Positions 62,002 to 64,000 of a stretch of DNA of 64,000 bases are shown in pieces. The position numbers and the translations under genes are program-made. The notes under the pieces are model-generated. The model made no database searches, was not told the DNA's origin, and worked only from the letters and a program-made list of their open reading frames with translations. The stretch lies in NCBI RefSeq assembly GCF_006345805.1, contig NC_043021.1:930001-994000 (forward strand). The letters are read 5' to 3'. Position 1 is the first letter of the stretch. Each line of letters starts with the position of its first letter. The DNA comes from Octopus sinensis (taxonomy: Eukaryota).

Positions 62002-63320
62002 ATATTTTACTATAAAATTGGATTCAATCCTAAATCTGATTTTTTTCCCTGTAAATTTGGATTTATTCCCTAATATTTATTATTATTATATATATATATG
62101 TATGTATGTATGTATTTGTGTATCAAGTTTGTCCCTCCACCATCACTTGACAACTGATGTTGGTGTGTTTACATCCCCGTAACTTTGCAGTCATGAAAAA
62201 GGGAACGATAAAATAAGTACTAGACTTACAAAGAATAAGTTCTGGGGTCGATTTGTTCAACTAAAAGCAGTGCTCCAGCATGACTATTTTACGTTTAAAC
62301 CCAGGAAAACATACTTTGAAGCTGGTTTATCAACACATGATCTGTATCCGAGACACACTGTAAGTAAGGGGGCCTACTACTCCCTTCTAGCCATTAGCAA
62401 TACCAGCAGTCCGATGGTTTCAGGGTAATTTCCCATCTTCGGTGCTGGACAACGACCTTATTCACAGCATATACTCATCGAAGTGGCCGACAGACATGGA
62501 TCTCATAAGGAGAAGAACAATTAGTGTTAAATCTTTGAATGAGATCTCTGTAGTCCCAGTAGCAAGTAGTACAGTTTATTAGTAAAGATATTTTCCTGGG
62601 GTTAAAAAGTAGTAACACAAGTCCTATGCAGGATCGCCACATTATGTTGGCAAATGAACTTTATTATATACACACACACATGTATATACACATATATGTG
62701 TATATATATTTATGTGTATACACAAACATATATGTGTGTGTGTATGTCATACATACACATACATGTGCAGTTATATATATATATACATTTACCTTCATAT
62801 ATTATGTACAGACATGTGTGTATGTGTGTGTGTGCATGTATATGTGTGTGCACGTGTGTGTGTAAGTATGGGCATGTGTTTTGTACACACACACATGTGT
62901 CCCACATTTGTTGGTTACAGGTGTCTGCATACACTAAGGCAATACTTTGTCAATCATTTTGAATCTTTTATAAACTATTTCTTGCTGTCGCCATTAGCAT
63001 TGTGTGCTTGGGAAAACTCCAACTGAACGTTGTCTGTTTGTAGTGACTGTTTTCTCAAACCACCTTACAGTGCACCCAGCTACTGCCACCATCACCATCG
63101 CCACCGCCACCACCACCATCGCCACCACCACCATCATTGCCACCACTGCCACCTTCAACAACGGCAGCAGCAACAGCACCACCACCAACAATAGCAACAA
63201 TAACAACATGACCACCAGCAACAACAACAATACCATCTTCCCCACCATACCTCACCAACACCACCCACCACTGCTACCATTAATATTGAGAAACACAGTC
63301 GTTTTTTTCCTTTTGTTATT

Positions 63321-63645
63321 TGGTGAGCTCGGAGCAAGGGGCAGTTGGTGAGCTCGGAGCAAGGGGCAGTTGGTGAGCTCGGAGCAAAGGGCAGTTGGTG
63401 AGCTCGGAGCAAAGGGCAGTTGGTGAGCTCGGAGCAAGGGGCAGTTGGTGAGCTCGGAGCAAAGGGCAGTTGGTGAGCTCGGAGCAAGGGGCAGTTGGTG
63501 AGCTCGGAGCAAAGGGCAGTTGGTGAGCTCGGAGCAAAGGGCAGTTGGTGAGCTCGGAGCAAGGGGCAGTTGGTGAGCTCGGAGCAAGGGGCAGTTGGTG
63601 AGCTCGGAGCAAGGGGCAGTTGGTGAGCTCGGAGCAAGGGGCAGT
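63321..63645. repeat. GC-rich 25-bp minisatellite, 13 copies
   Basis: Unit tggtgagctcggagcaa(g/a)gggcagt; variant order G,G,A,A,G,A,G,A,A,G,G,G,G. Confidence 0.95.
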
Positions 63646-64000
63646 ACCTATCGTGTATGCAAGGCCCCTCAAGAAGAGGGACATTGATGCTGTTAATGTT
63701 TTTCTCAAACTGTTGCAGGTCCACATTTTTAAGGTCGGAGATCCCAGAGGGACCAGTGTTTCTGGGATAAAGGAAGGACTGAGCGTAATGGTGAGTGCAA
63801 GGCAGGTGAGGGCAGAGGATGTAACAGAGGTGGCTTGAGGCTGAAAGACAGACGGCTCGAGTGGAGGAAGTAGGAGACCAACCGCCTCTAAGAAACATAA
63901 GTGGTGGCCATAAGTTGCAATAGAAAAGACAGAGAAAGGAGACAGCAGGTGGGCCAGAGACTGTTTGTGATTTAATGCCACTTTGCTGAGTGGCCCTTCA
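63646..64000 (-). mobile_element. Probable LINE (L2/CR1-like) fragment
   Basis: GC-richer open stretch; minus strand ...DLKNVDLQQFEKNI... resembles the post-endonuclease region. Weak evidence. Confidence 0.35.

Noticed and set aside
63155-63981. Repeat-protein-like ORFs, or a CRISPR-like array
   Set aside because: The 25-bp unit is not a multiple of 3 and cycles through frames. There are no unique spacers, so it is not CRISPR, and the context is eukaryotic.

Overview
This is eukaryotic, AT-rich DNA, dense in microsatellites and transposable elements. The SINE/LINE/Penelope repertoire looks like an Octopus (cephalopod) genome; that is an inference from recalled repeat families, not a database result. 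Genes: (1) the last six coding exons of a HEATR6 orthologue (+, 492-6016); (2) a cluster of secreted chymotrypsin-like S1A serine protease genes, each with 6 exons, 254 aa and an intact His/Asp/Ser triad. Copies A (-, 10594-13813) and B (-, 25330-28551) lie in a near-identical ~5.45 kb segmental duplication. Copy C (+, 49193-58032) is about 83% identical in protein. An orphan promoter + signal-peptide exon, D (-, 42363-42851), sits head-to-head with C. The proteases have unusual features: Gln at the activation P1 site, an extra Cys25/Cys117 pair with Cys122 lost, Ala225, and patchwork homogenisation between paralogues. They are candidate salivary-gland/venom or digestive enzymes (inference). 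The rest is mobile DNA: RTE and CR1 LINE fragments, a chain of R4/Dong-type LINEs in (TAA)n, a young Penelope-like element with an intact hammerhead ribozyme plus further hammerheads and palindromes from Penelope termini, mariner and Chapaev3-like DNA transposon remnants, tRNA-derived SINEs and a 25-bp minisatellite. All alignments and counts were done by eye.
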